Positions 44,513 through 56,314 of a stretch of DNA of 64,000 nt are shown here, piece by piece. Location: contig NIVC01001604.1 of assembly GCA_002269645.1 (NCBI GenBank), forward strand, positions 186,001-250,000. Reading direction: 5' to 3'. The position numbers were made by a program, and so were the translations under genes. The notes under the pieces were generated by a model, which searched no databases, was not told where the DNA came from, and saw only the letters and a program-made list of their open reading frames with translations. The stretch is from Macrostomum lignano. Its lineage: Eukaryota. Position 1 is the first letter of the stretch, and every line of letters begins with the position of its first letter.

Positions 44513-45485
44513 GCAAATAATTTTGCTCCAGAGAACTAAGTTGGCTATCTTAGATCCTACCACTCGGTTTTCGAGCATCCAAATATAATATGTTCGATTC
44601 GCGATTGAAGAGATGATCTAAAAATCTGCCTTCTGTTCATTTATTTAAGTACTAACTAACCTATAGATAGAATCAATGCCATGAAAGGTGAAAGCGGAAA
44701 GAAAAATCACTTGAAGAAGACTCAACCAAAGTCAAGAGCAGCGCTATGAGCCCACCTGTGTACGAGTAAGTATGCAAGTGGTAGTTCAAGCCTTAACTCT
44801 ACATTACGCAGATACATTGAGTGCAGTTTGAGAAGAACTGAGGAACTTAACCGACATTGTCACACAACCGACATTGCTGCCCATTTTGCCGAATCCCCTG
44901 AGCAGGCACACAATGCACACATATACGTACAAGCGCGCGGATACGTTCGCAGTCATACGCGCAGTCACACACCACACAGGAGTGTACAGCGGCCCTAACT
45001 TTGTTTGTCGTCAGACATGTACACTTCACTGTGCCTTGGGGTTTGGCCCTCAAGTTCACTATTTGCACGAGCAGACCCAAGCCAAGATTCCAGTTTAGCC
45101 CCAATTGAATGTGACTGCACTTGGAATCGAGCCTGGGCCGCTGGGACATCAGAGCGCCGAACTGGACAACTGGGCTACGGCCCCCCTTCGAGAGATCCTT
45201 GTTGGTGGAACAGGGATTTATGGGACTTGCTGGTGTTAAAAACAACAAAACTCGCGTATAGTTGAGTAAATTTTTATTTTATAAACTGGGTTTTGAATCC
45301 TAGGAATTGTCAGAGAAAGAGCCAGTTTAGGATTCGAGAACATTGTATTTCGGGTATTGAGATGATTGATAACGAAAAAACTATAGCAGTTTTTATCACA
45401 CCATGAATTTTGTTCCTTGGAATCTTTAAGAATTCGATTTCTGCCGATGCCAGTACAGTCTGCTGCATTTTGAAATTCCACTGTT

Positions 45486-45831
45486 CAGGGGCGTCGCTAC
45501 CTGGGGGATAGGGGGGGACATGCCAATGCTTTGCCCCCCTCAAACCCCACCTTGTGACCCGTTGTGGAAATCAAGAATTTTGCATCAGGGCGCTAAAGTA
45601 TGCCAAAATGAGTGCCTGCGGCGCCAAAAATGAGTGCCTGCGGCGCCAAAATGAGTGTCTGTGGCGCTAAGATGAGTGCCTGCGGCGCCAAAAATGAGTT
45701 CCTGTGTGCGCCGCCAAAATGAGCGCTAACAACACCGATTCTCTAAATAATGTACATGTAGGAATTTAGTCATGTACATGTAGAATTCTTGGCTTTGTTC
45801 CCCCACCATAAAATTCATGGCGACGGCCCAG
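45486..45831. mobile_element. hAT-type MITE (346 bp)
   Basis: The left end CAGGGGCGTCGCTA and right end TGGCGACGGCCCAG form a degenerate TIR (11/14). The 8-bp flanks CCACTGTT and CTACTGTT match at 7/8. Internal AAAATGAGTGCCTGCGGCGCC repeats. Confidence 0.7.
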
Positions 45832-45926
45832 CTACTGTTAGTACTATCATCAGCAAAAAATTCACACGTTGCACAATTGAAAGTTTGTTCAAATTATGTA
45901 CTTTGTACTTTAGTGTAGTAGCGCTG

Positions 45927-48900
45927 TCAGACTTTGCTCTTGGAGCCGCTGCAGTTCCGCTGGATGGTTACTATGCGGTCCTGCGTGTTGTACCTGGTCA
46001 GCTGGTCCGTGTAGTCCGTGAGGCTGGGCGCCTGCATGAAGATGCCCAGTGCGCCTGTTTCGGGTGAGAGTGCGCGCTGTACTTACTACTGCCAGTATCA
46101 TGTCGATAACTCTGTAAGTTTCTAATGTCTGCTGCTGCGCTTTCGATATTTTTAATAGTTGGTTGTTTAAATGGCCTGTTGTAATTTTTACTAATACATT
46201 TACTAATACATTTGAGTGGTCAAAGCTTGTTCAAATCAGTTCTAAAAATTTGCTTGAACCAACTATAAATTGATTTGAGCAATCTACGACCCGTGGAGCT
46301 ACTAGCGGTGATTGCGAACTGGCCTTTACAAGGGAGATATGCACCCTTTACTGGTAGTTGTTTGGTTGGCGTTACCAAGGGGCCGATTGTCCCTTTGATG
46401 GTAGTTGTTTGGTTGGCGTTACCAAGGGGCCGATTGTCCCTTTGATGGTAGTTCTTTGGTTGGCGTTACCAAGGGGCCGATTGTCCCTTTGATGGTAGTT
46501 GTTTGGTTGGCGTTACCAAGGGGCCGATTGTCCCTTTGATGGTAGTTGTTTGGTTGGCGTTACCAAGGGGCCGATTGTCCCTTTGATGGTAGTTCTTTGG
46601 TTGGCGTTACCAAGGGGCCGATTGTCCCTTTGATGGTAGTTGTTTGGTTGGCGTTACCAAGGGGCCGATTCTTCCTTTGCTGATAATTCTTTGGCGGTTA
46701 GTTCAAATCCCCCAAAGTTCCTAAATGAGTCGCAGAAACTCTGTGTGTTTCTGTCACTTGCCAATAACAGCGGCGCTGCTGAAGAGCCACATGAACAGCC
46801 GGTCCAGCACCACGGCCACGTACTTCCATTCGTCCCGAATCTGCAAGCGGCAAATCGGCTTTGGTCTCACATTTCGGGGGGAGGCAAAGTGTATTTTAGT
46901 TTCTGTTTGAAAATCAGCAGGTTTGCTCAGCCGATCCGGGGCTGCAGGCCAACATTGGCAAATGAGCTGGAGGTGCCGGGAACGGGGTTGAACTCTGCCC
47001 TGAGCGGCTGCTCAAGAAGGGAAGCCAGATCAGATCAGATTGGCATGCAAGATAGCCGAGATAGTGAAGCACTCCCAGGAAGACGCAGAATGAAGTTGGC
47101 CTGCGCCCTCCAGCTTCGGTTTTGACTAAGAGTAAGTGTTTAAGTGCCCTCATGGCCAGATGTGCAAACGACATCTCAGCCGCAGCTATTGCGCGGCACA
47201 TCTGAAGGCTGCGTACGGCTGTTCAGTCCAAGGACTGGGGGGACCGCAACACACCCTCAATTACCCCAGCTAATGCTGGTAACCCATTTTACAGCTGGGT
47301 GAACTGAAGCAATGCAGAGTCAACTGTCTTCTTCAAGGACACAAATTGCTTCCAGTGGGTCGAGAATCGAACCCCAAACCTTCAGTCGTGAGTCCGACTC
47401 TCTAACCACTGGGCTGCAGCCCCTAGACTGCAACTAGGGAACAACCTGATCGATAATTCAGCTCCTTAACATAAAATGTGACAAGAAACTCAAAGAATTG
47501 GTGAGATAGTTGAAGAGCCCAAGGTCCGTGCCTTCGCCACCACCAGCACAAGTAAAGCAACTTTGGCTTAACTTGGCTTAACAGCGGGTTGCTGCCAGAG
47601 CGAGACGAAATTGCGTGATTGCGCTCAGGCAAAATGCTCATGGGCGCTTGTGCCGGGGCATATGAGAGTTTAACAACAGTTGAATAAGCTGCTTGCATAA
47701 AAATGCTGCGATAGGGTAGCAGCTCTGAGCTGCGAGTGATGCCACCTTGACCCAATCCAGTTCTTTTTGACCCTTTCTGACCCAATCCAGTTCTTTTTGA
47801 CCCTTTCTGACCCAGTCCAGTTCTTTTTGACCCTTTCTGACCCAGTCCAGTTCTTTTTGACCCTTTCTGACCCAATCCAGTTCTTTTTTACCCTTTGCCA
47901 TCCTGACCCCTGAGACTGCATAGTGGGTCAGCGGTCCAGAACTTACAGTGGTGTTCCGCTCAAGAAACTTCAAGTGGCTGGCGATGTTCCTGACACCAGT
48001 CAGCGCCATCTCGACGTCGCAAGCGATGCCGTGGTCGCAGCCAACCTCGCCGCAGCCGCCGCCGTCGCCGTAGCGACACTCGTCGAAGCTCCGCCAGTTG
48101 AACTGCCAGCCAGGCTGCTGCTGGTGCGCCGTCTGGCCGAGGCTGCCGGGTGCGCGCTCATCGAGCTGTTGGTGGGTCGGTGGCGGGTCGGAGTGGGTCA
48201 GGATTGTGGCTCATTGACTCATGGCGGGATTTGCTCAATTCGATCTGGAAAGGTCTGGGCTGGCAGAATGGGTCACTGGATCAGGAAGGGTCAGCAAGAA
48301 CTGGATTGGGTCAGGAAGGGTCAGCAAGAACTGGATTGGGTCAGGAAGGGTCAGCAAGAACTGGATTAGGTCAGGAAGGGTCAGCAAGAACTGGATTGGG
48401 TCAGGAAGGGTCAGCAAGAACTGGATTGGGTCAGGAAGGGTCAGCAAGAACTGGATTGGGTCAGGGAGGGTCAGAAAAAATTGGATTGGGTCAGGAAGGG
48501 TCGGCAAGAACTGGATTGGGTCAGGAAGGGTCAGCAAGAACTGGATTGGGTCAGGAAGGGTCGGCAAGAACTGGATTGGGTCAGGAAGGGTCAGCAAGAA
48601 CTGGATTGGGTCAGGAAGGGTCGGCAAGAACTGGATTGGGTCAGGAAGGGTCAGCAAGAACTGGATTGGGTCAGGAAGGGTCAGCAAGAACTGGATTGGG
48701 TCAGGGAGGGTCAGAAAAAATTGGATTGGGTCAGGAAGGGTCGGCAAGAACTGGATTGGGTCAGGAAGGGTCAGCAAGAACTGGATTGGGTCAGGAAGGG
48801 TCGGCAAGAACTGGATTGGGTCAGGAAGGGTCAGCAAGAACTGGATTGGGTCAGGAAGGGTCAGAAAGAACTGGATTGGGTCAGGAAGGGTCGGCAAGAA

Positions 48901-51900
48901 CTGGATTGGGTCAGGGAGGGTCAGCAAGAACTGGATTGGGTCAGGAAGGTTCAGCAAGAACTGGATTGGGTCAGGAAGGGTCAGCAAGAACTGGATTGGG
49001 TCAGGAAGGGTCGGCAAGAACTGGATTGGGTCAGGAAGGGTCAGCAAGAACTGGATTGGGTCAGGAAGGGTCAGAAAGAACTGGATTGGGTCAGGAAGGG
49101 TCGGCAAGAACTGGATTGGGTCAGGAAGGGTCAGCAAGAACTGGATTGGGTCAGGAAGGGTCAGCAAGAATTGGATTGGGTCAGGAATGACCAACCTTGG
49201 CATCTTCAGTGCCCTCCCTGTTGTCGGGCTTCTTCATGAACAGCAGTTTCGGCAAGGTGTGCAGGAACACCTGGCGAACCCAGGGTGCCATGATGTGCGT
49301 GTCCGGGGACCGCCAGTGCACATTGAGCACAATGACCGTGGCCATGACGGACAGCGTGACCAGGATCATAGTGAACAGCAGGTACTTGAGTATGAGCGGC
49401 ACCACCAGAGAGGTCGGTGGGCAGATGTCGAAGATGAGCAGGAAGAACACGGTGAGTGACAGCAGAATGTTGATTGACAGGGACATCTTCTCGCCAGAGT
49501 CGCCGGGCAGGTAGAAGACGAGGATGGTGAGGAAGCTGATGGCCAGGCAAGGGCAGATGAGGTTCACGCCGTAGAAGAGTGTCTTGCGGCGGATCTTCAG
49601 CGAGAACAGCAGGTCCAGGTAGGGCTCCGGGCAGCAGCGGTAGATCTGGATGTTCCGCTTGGCCGTCACCTCTGGGCGCGGGACGGTGGTCACGTGACGC
49701 TTAGAGGACAGCGAATTACAAACCGAATTTGACCTCCGTGAGAGCCGCTGTCCCCTTCCCGGGTGCTGCAGTGAGAGCCGCTGTCCCCTTCCCGGGTGCT
49801 GCAGTGAGAGCCGCTGTCCCCTTCCCGGGTGCTGCAGTGAGAGCCGCTGTCCCCTTCCCGGGGGCTGCAGTGAGAGCCGCTGTGCCCTTCCCGGGTGCTG
49901 CAGTGAGAGCCGCTGTCCCCTTCCCGGGTGCTGCAGTGAGAGCCGCTGTCCCCTTCCCGGGTGCTGCAGTGAGAGCCGCTGTCCCCTTCCCGGGGGCTGC
50001 AGTGAGAGCCGCTGTGCCCTTCCCGGGGGCTGCAGTGAGAGCCGCTACTAACTAATACACAGTTAGCAGTGATTTTCAGTCCAGCACTGCTCCCTCTCCA
50101 ATAGTCCTGGATCGAAATCTCCCGCGCCCAAAGATTTCGGGATTTGAGCTGTGGCAGGGAGCGCAGGAGCAGCCCTGCTCACAGCACACCCTCAAAGAGA
50201 GCTCAAAGCTCAGAGCTGCGGAGTGAGCTGGGCGGGTGAGGGTCGCAGTTATGATTAAGTCCCTGTCCGATTGATTGAGCCCAGGCCCTATGCTTATTGT
50301 TATTATTTGCATACTGAAGGGCCGGCCCGCTCGATCGGCCACTCAAGTTTCCCCTCGGCCGACCGACACGGAATCGGCGCTCCACTGAGCTGCCCGGGGC
50401 CGGCACCGGGGATCAGAGAAAATCTCCCACACGCCCACCCCCAGCCCCCAGAAAGTTTCCAGCGCAAATCCTCCCGGCGGGGAAATCCGCTGCCCCGCCC
50501 CGCCGCTCTCACCTTGGCCAGATGAGGGACGCCGCCCGGGACAGGGGGGGGAGGGGAATGGGAAAACGGGCACTCTCCGAGGCGAATCAATGTGATTAGC
50601 GTCCGCACGGAACTCCAGATCGAATTCCAAGGCCCAGCTAATTCCCCCCCCCCCGGAGAGAGAGAGCTGTTTGCAGCGGGCCACCCCCAGACACGAAGGA
50701 CCCGGCGAGGCGCCCCAGCAAGGAGGAGGCGAGATGGGCGAGGCTGCGACCCGGCTTGCCCGCCGGGGACGGCCGGGCGGCAGCAATTCAATTTGCTGGA
50801 AATCCCCAGCAGTTTTGCCTCCTCCATGCGCCTCTGTTTCAAACGCTAAATAATAGAGAGAGAGGGGAGGTCCGGGGGGTCCCGCCCGGAGGTCTTCTGC
50901 CCCCCCCAGGCCGAGATCGCGGAAATGCAATTTTCCGTCTGCGCAGCTCGAATTTATTCATCTGCCTCGGTGGTCAGGCGGGCGGGCAGCGGGTCAGGGG
51001 CAGATGGGGGTTCAGCCGGCAGGATTCGATTCACTGGCTGAGCCAATTTGGCAACTGTCTGTTTGGGTTAAGCGGGCGGGCCTCAGCTGACCGGCCTGGC
51101 TGATCTACGAGCAGGGGGGGGGCGTTCGCGCAGGCTGTCAGGCGGTCCTGTCTTGGCGAACTCCAGCGAGGAGGGCGGGGAACTCTGCCAGGGTTTGGTT
51201 TAGAAAATAGAAGGACAGGCGGGAACTTGCAAGCCAAGCTGAATGAAGTTCGTGCTTCTCTGTGCAGCTCTCTCCAAATGAGGCGAATCTGTGGGAAACC
51301 AGCTTCCATCTACCAGCTCCATCTACCAGCTTCCATCTACCAGCTTCCATCTACCAGCTTCCATCTACCAGCTTCCATCTACCAGCTCCATCTACCAGCT
51401 TCCATCTACCAGCTCCATCTACCAGCTTCCATCTACCAGCTTCCATCTACCAGCTTCCATCTACCAGCTTCCATCTACCAGCTTCCATCTACCAGCTTCC
51501 ATCTACCAGCTCCATCTACCAGCTTCCATCTACCAGCTCCATCTACCAGCTTCCATCTACCAGCTTCCATCTACCAGCTTCCATCTACCAGCTTCCATCT
51601 AACGGCTTCTATCTAACAGCTTCAAAATCCAGTTTTCATCTGATTCAACAGCTCCCAGCTTCCGGCTGAGCAGCCTCATCAAGCCAGCTCACCAAGGATG
51701 TCCCACTCCACGTTGTCCACAAACTGGCTGAGGTCCACCGCGTAGTCGATGAACGCCTCGCAGTTGTCGAAGTTTTTCATGCCGGTCCGGTCGGCCTCGG
51801 CCTTCTGGGCCACGTGCCGGAGGTCGATGAGGTAGCCGTTGTGGGTCCACGTGCCCAGCTTCAGGGTGCAGATCTGCGTGTCGAATGGGAAAAACTCCAC

Positions 51901-54900
51901 GTTGATCTCGCACTGGCTCTTGAAGATGATCGGCGGCCGCCACAGCACGGTGCCGTCGCTCAGGACGTTCACCTTGTTCGCCGAGCTGCCGAGGTCCCAG
52001 TCGCCACCGGCGCTAAGGGAGTTGTGAGCACATGAGTATTTGATAAATGAGTAACTAAGCAACTGAGTATTGGTAGTTGAGCAACTGAGTATTGGTAGTT
52101 GAGCAACTGAGTATTGGTAGTTGAGCAACTGAATATTGGTAGTTGAGCAACTGAGTATTGGTAGTTGAGCAACTGAGTATTGGTAGTTGAGCAACTGGTA
52201 GTTGAGCAACTGAGTATTGCTAGTTGAGCAACTGAGTATTGGCAGTTGAGCAACTGGTAGTTGAGCAACTGAGTATTGGTAGTTGAGCAACTGAGTATTG
52301 GCAGTTGAGCAACTGAGTATTGGTAGTTGAGCAACTGAGTATTGGTAGTTGAGCAACTGGTAGTTGAGCAACTGAGTATTGGTAGTTGAGCAACTGAGTA
52401 TTGGCAGTTGAGCAACTGGTAGTTGAGCAACTGAGTATTGGCAGTTGAGCAACTGGCAGTTGAGCAACTGGTAGTTGAGCAACTGAGTATTGGTAGTTGA
52501 GCAACTGGTAGTTGAGCAACTGAGTATTGGCAGTTGAGCAACTGAGTATTGGTAGTTGAGCAACTGGTAGTTGAGCAACTGAATATTGGTAGATGAGCAA
52601 CTGAATATTGGTAGTTGAGCAACTGGTAGTTGAGCAACTGAATATTGGTAGTTGAGCAACTGAGTATTGGTAGTTGAGCAACTGAATATTGGTAGTTGAG
52701 CAACTGAATATTGGTAGTTGAGCAACTGAATATTGGTAGTTGAGCAACTGGTAGTTGAGCAACTGAATATTGGTAGTTGAGCAACTGGTAGTTGAGCAAC
52801 TGAATATTGGTAGTTGAGCAACTGAATATTGGCAGTTGAGCAACTGAGTATTGGTAGTTGAGCAACTGGTAGTTGAGCAACTGAATATTGGTAGTTGAGC
52901 AACTGAGTATTGGTAGTTGAGCAACTGGTAGTTGAGCAACTGAATATTGGTAGATGAGCAACTGAATATTGGTAGTTGAGCAACTGAATATTGGTAGTTG
53001 AGCAACTGAATATTGGCAGTTGAGCAACTGAGTATTGGTAGTTGAGCAACTGGTAGTTGAGCAACTGAATATTGGTAGTTGAGCAACTGAGTATTGGTAG
53101 TTGAGCAACTGAGTATTGGCAGTTGAGCAACTGGTAGTTGAGCAACTGGTAGTTGAGCAACTGGTAGTTGAGCAACTGGTAGTTGAGCAACTGAATATTG
53201 GTAGTTGAGCAACTGAGTATTGGTAGTTGAGCAACTGAGTATTGGCAGTTGAGCAACTGGTAGTTGAGCAACTGAGTATTGGTAGTTGAGCAACTGGTAG
53301 TTGAGCAACTGAGTATTGGCAGTTGAGCAACTGAGTATTGGCAGTTGAGCAACTGAGTATTGGTAGTTGAGCAACTGGTAGTTGAGCAACTGGTAGTTGA
53401 GCAACTGGTAGTTGAGCAACTGAATATTGGTAGTTGAGCAACTGAGTATTGGTAGTTGAGCAACTGAGTATTGGCAGTTGAGCAACTGGTAGTTGAGCAA
53501 CTGGTAGTTGAGCAACTGAGTATTGGTAGTTGAGCAACTGGTAGTTGAGCAACTGAGTATTGGCAGTTGAGCAACTGAGTATTGGCAGTTGAGCAACTGA
53601 GTATTGGTAGTTGAGCAACTGGTAGTTGAGCAACTGGTAGTTGAGCAACTGAATATTGGTAGATGAGCAACTGAATATTGGTAGTTGAGCAACTGAGTAT
53701 TGGTAGTTGAGCAACTGAATATTGGTAGTTGAGCAACTGAGTATTGGTAGTTGAGCAACTGAGTATTGGTAGTTGAGCAACTGAGTATTGGTAGTTGAGT
53801 AACTGAGTATTGGTAGTTGAGCAACTTAGTATTGGCAGTTGAGCAACTGGCAGTTGAGCAACTGGTAGTTGAGCAACTGAGTATTGGCAGTTGAGCAACT
53901 GAGTATTGGTAGTTGAGCAACTGGTAGTTGAGCAACTGAGTATTGGCCGCTGAACGGCCGGTTTTAGCAGCTGAACGCAGCCCGGACCCCGTACTTGTTA
54001 TAGAGCACCAGGTCCGGCGTCCAAATTTCGTCCGACGGCACGTGCAGCTCGTGGATGCTGCCGTAGTGGCTCGGGTCCCACTGGAAGTTCGGGTCGAACC
54101 ACTGCTGGAACACCCACATGTTCAGCGTCACTATCTGGTTCTTTTCGTCCTGGAATTTGAAAAATGCCAAGATATGAAGTTGCTGAGGCCGGAGAGCATT
54201 TCGTTCGGGAGCTCACCACGTCAAGGATCTGGGTGAGGCTGAGGTTCATGTACAGCAGCACCGGCTGCGAGTGGTTGGTCACGGGGCGCACATAGGACCT
54301 GTAGTTCGTGCGGTTCATCAGGTCCGTGAACAGCTTCTTGGCGGCCTCGATGGCAAGCGCTCCTGCGGGTTCAGCGGCGGGTTCGGGGGTCGCTCGAGTC
54401 CGGAGCCTCGTGACTTGGGGGGCCTCGAGCTCCACTGACAGCATTGTTCACCTTGTTTGGAGCAAAAATGACCTAGGCCATCTACACCTATGGCCAGAGT
54501 CCCCTATAACTCTTGATGGCCTCTCCTAAGACCCTTGGTTCCACGGCTCGTAGACACCCTGGAAGGACTGGCTGCCCGCCTTTCCTCCAGGCCACAATCT
54601 CTCCATGGAAACCCTGGCTGCTCCGCACCACAATCCCATAGAAATTCTGGCTGCCCTTCACCACAATTCTATGAAAACCCTGGCTGCCCCACACCACAAT
54701 CCCATTGAAACCCTGGCTGCTCCGTACCACAATCGCATGGAAATTCTGGCTGCCCCGTACCACAATCCCATGGAAACCCTGGCTGCCCCGTACCACAATC
54801 CCATGGAAACCCTGGCTGCCCCGCACCACAATCCCATGGAAACCCTGGCTGCTCCGTACCACAATCCCATGGAAACCCTGGCTGCTCCGTACCACAATCC

Positions 54901-55605
54901 CATGGAAATTCTGGCTGCCCCGTACCACAATCCCATGGAAACCCTGGCTGCCCCGTACCACAATCCCATGGAAACCCTGGCTGCCCCGCACCACAATCCC
55001 ATGGAAACCCTGGCTGCCCCGCACCACAATCCCATGGAAACCCTGGCTGCCCCGCACCACAATCCCATGGAAACCCTGGCTGCCAGCACAATCCCACGGA
55101 GACCCTGGCTGCCTGCACAATCCCATGGAAACTCTGGCTGCCCCGTACCACAATCCCATGGAAACCCTGGCTGCCCCGCACCACAATCCCATGGAAACCC
55201 TGGCTGCTCCGTACCACAATCCCATGGAAATTCTGGTTGCCCCGCACCACAATCCCATGGAAATTCTGGCTGCCCCGCACCACAATCCCACCGAGACCCT
55301 GGCTGCCAGCACAATCCCACGGAGACCCTGGCTGCCAGCACAATCCCACGGAGACCCTGGCTGCCTGCACAATCCCACGGAGACCCTGGCTGCCTGCACA
55401 ATCCCACGGAGACCCTGGCTGCCTGCACAATCCCACGGAGACCCTGGCTGCCTGCACAATCCCATGGAAACCCTGGCTGCTTACACAATTCAAGGTCAAG
55501 CATCGCACACGGCCGCTCACCTGAGTTGAGAGCCACGCCAAAGAAAATAACGCAGAGCCACAGAGCGGACGCTGTCGCGGGCGCGAACCCCCGGCTCCGG
55601 TTCAT
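45927..55605 (-). CDS. Nicotinic acetylcholine receptor alpha-type subunit (cation-selective signature), 8 exons, 559 aa
   Basis: Exons: 55605-55521, 54434-54217, 54149-53995, 52012-51693, 49671-49196, 48165-47947, 46840-46762, 46054-45927; the sum of 1680 nt is in frame. Motifs: [11 protein letters not shown], Cys-loop [15 protein letters not shown], loop C YRCCPEPY (vicinal Cys = alpha), GEKMSL before TM2, MA helix [13 protein letters not shown], and [15 protein letters not shown]4. Confidence 0.93.
46345..46670. repeat. 47-bp intronic minisatellite
   Basis: gatggtagttgtttggttggcgttaccaaggggccgattgtcccttt. Confidence 0.93.
47200..47423 (-). mobile_element. tRNA-derived SINE with CORE-like central domain, in nAChR intron 6
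   Basis: The minus strand starts GGGGCTGCAGCCCAGTGGTTAGAG (box A-like) and contains GGTTCGATTC (box B), then TGTGTCCTTGAAGAAGACAGTTGACTC...CAGCTGTAAAATGGG. A second copy lies at 57644-57751. Confidence 0.75.
47748..47905. repeat. 30-bp minisatellite, family N, nAChR intron 6
   Basis: tgacccaatccagttctttttgaccctttc, about 5 units, inverted relative to 48280-49188. Confidence 0.9.
48280..49188. repeat. 30-bp minisatellite, family N, nAChR intron 5
   Basis: gggtcaggaagggtcagcaagaactggatt, about 30 units. Confidence 0.97.
49737..50047. repeat. 33-bp intronic minisatellite
   Basis: gtgagagccgctgtccccttcccgggtgctgca. Confidence 0.93.
51300..51600. repeat. 14-bp intronic minisatellite
   Basis: ccagcttccatcta. 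Confidence 0.93.
52040..53945. repeat. 22/15-bp mixed intronic minisatellite
   Basis: gagcaactgagtattggtagtt and gagcaactggtagtt. Confidence 0.95.
54605..55480. repeat. 33/29-bp intronic minisatellite
   Basis: ggaaaccctggctgccccgcaccacaatcccat. Confidence 0.93.
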
Positions 55606-56314
55606 TTCTCTCAAAGCGGGACTATTTTTAAAAAATGACAGCTCAAACTTTTAAACCTCAGTCGATTCCTTCAAACGAGCCTCTCTATAGCTACTGCAGA
55701 AATCTCCCCGCCCAGGGGAGAAAATGTTCCCCTGATTAGAGGGCAGAGGCGGATCGCAGCGGGCAGGCCAGGCTGCCCCAATGGCCGCGGGAGATCGAGC
55801 GGGAAGCCGCAGCCACCCCCTGCTCAAGTGGGCGATTGCTGCGTGGCTGCCCCCCGTCCGAACTTCAATCGGAAGCAGCGGCGCGACTCGGGAAGGGACT
55901 CGAGTCCGTGCACGAGTGGCCAAAGACCTCCCCCAAGAAGCTGAGCAGAGCTTTGAGCTGGCAGCCCTGTCCCCTCTCGCCTTCTCAAGCGCAATTAAGA
56001 TCTCCGACGCGTGACGATTGGCAGCCAGCAGCCACCGGCTTGAGGGCAATATTTGCACCGGCGCTAAACACTGTTAATTACCTGAGGCAGGTGCGAGTGC
56101 CGGCTCATGAGGAACTGCCGCTTCTGACTCTATTGGAATGAAAATGTTTCATATTGCCTCTAGTCATGGCCTTACTATCGGGATATCCTCATTGGTCAGT
56201 CATACTGCACTGGGATAGCAATAACATTTATCCTCATTGGGCATTCGATCATGTAGGGATAATTCTGACGGAGTGAACTGTGAGGAATTGGCAATTAATC
56301 ACCAAATAGGATCA

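Noticed and set aside
47360-47423. tRNA-like sequence
   Set aside because: It continues into a SINE body, lacks a proper acceptor stem and has a degenerate second copy; it is a SINE head, not a tRNA gene.
48150-49459. Long repetitive ORFs here and at 54488-55654, 58629-59412, 61877-62719, 30292-31318 and 23403-24127
   Set aside because: All are conceptual translations of tandem repeats with no coding signature.
51679-53935. Three long overlapping ORFs (571-739 aa) across nAChR intron 3
   Set aside because: They are translations of a stop-free 22/15-bp repeat; the intron is 1982 nt and out of frame, and splicing restores the conserved LYNN motif.
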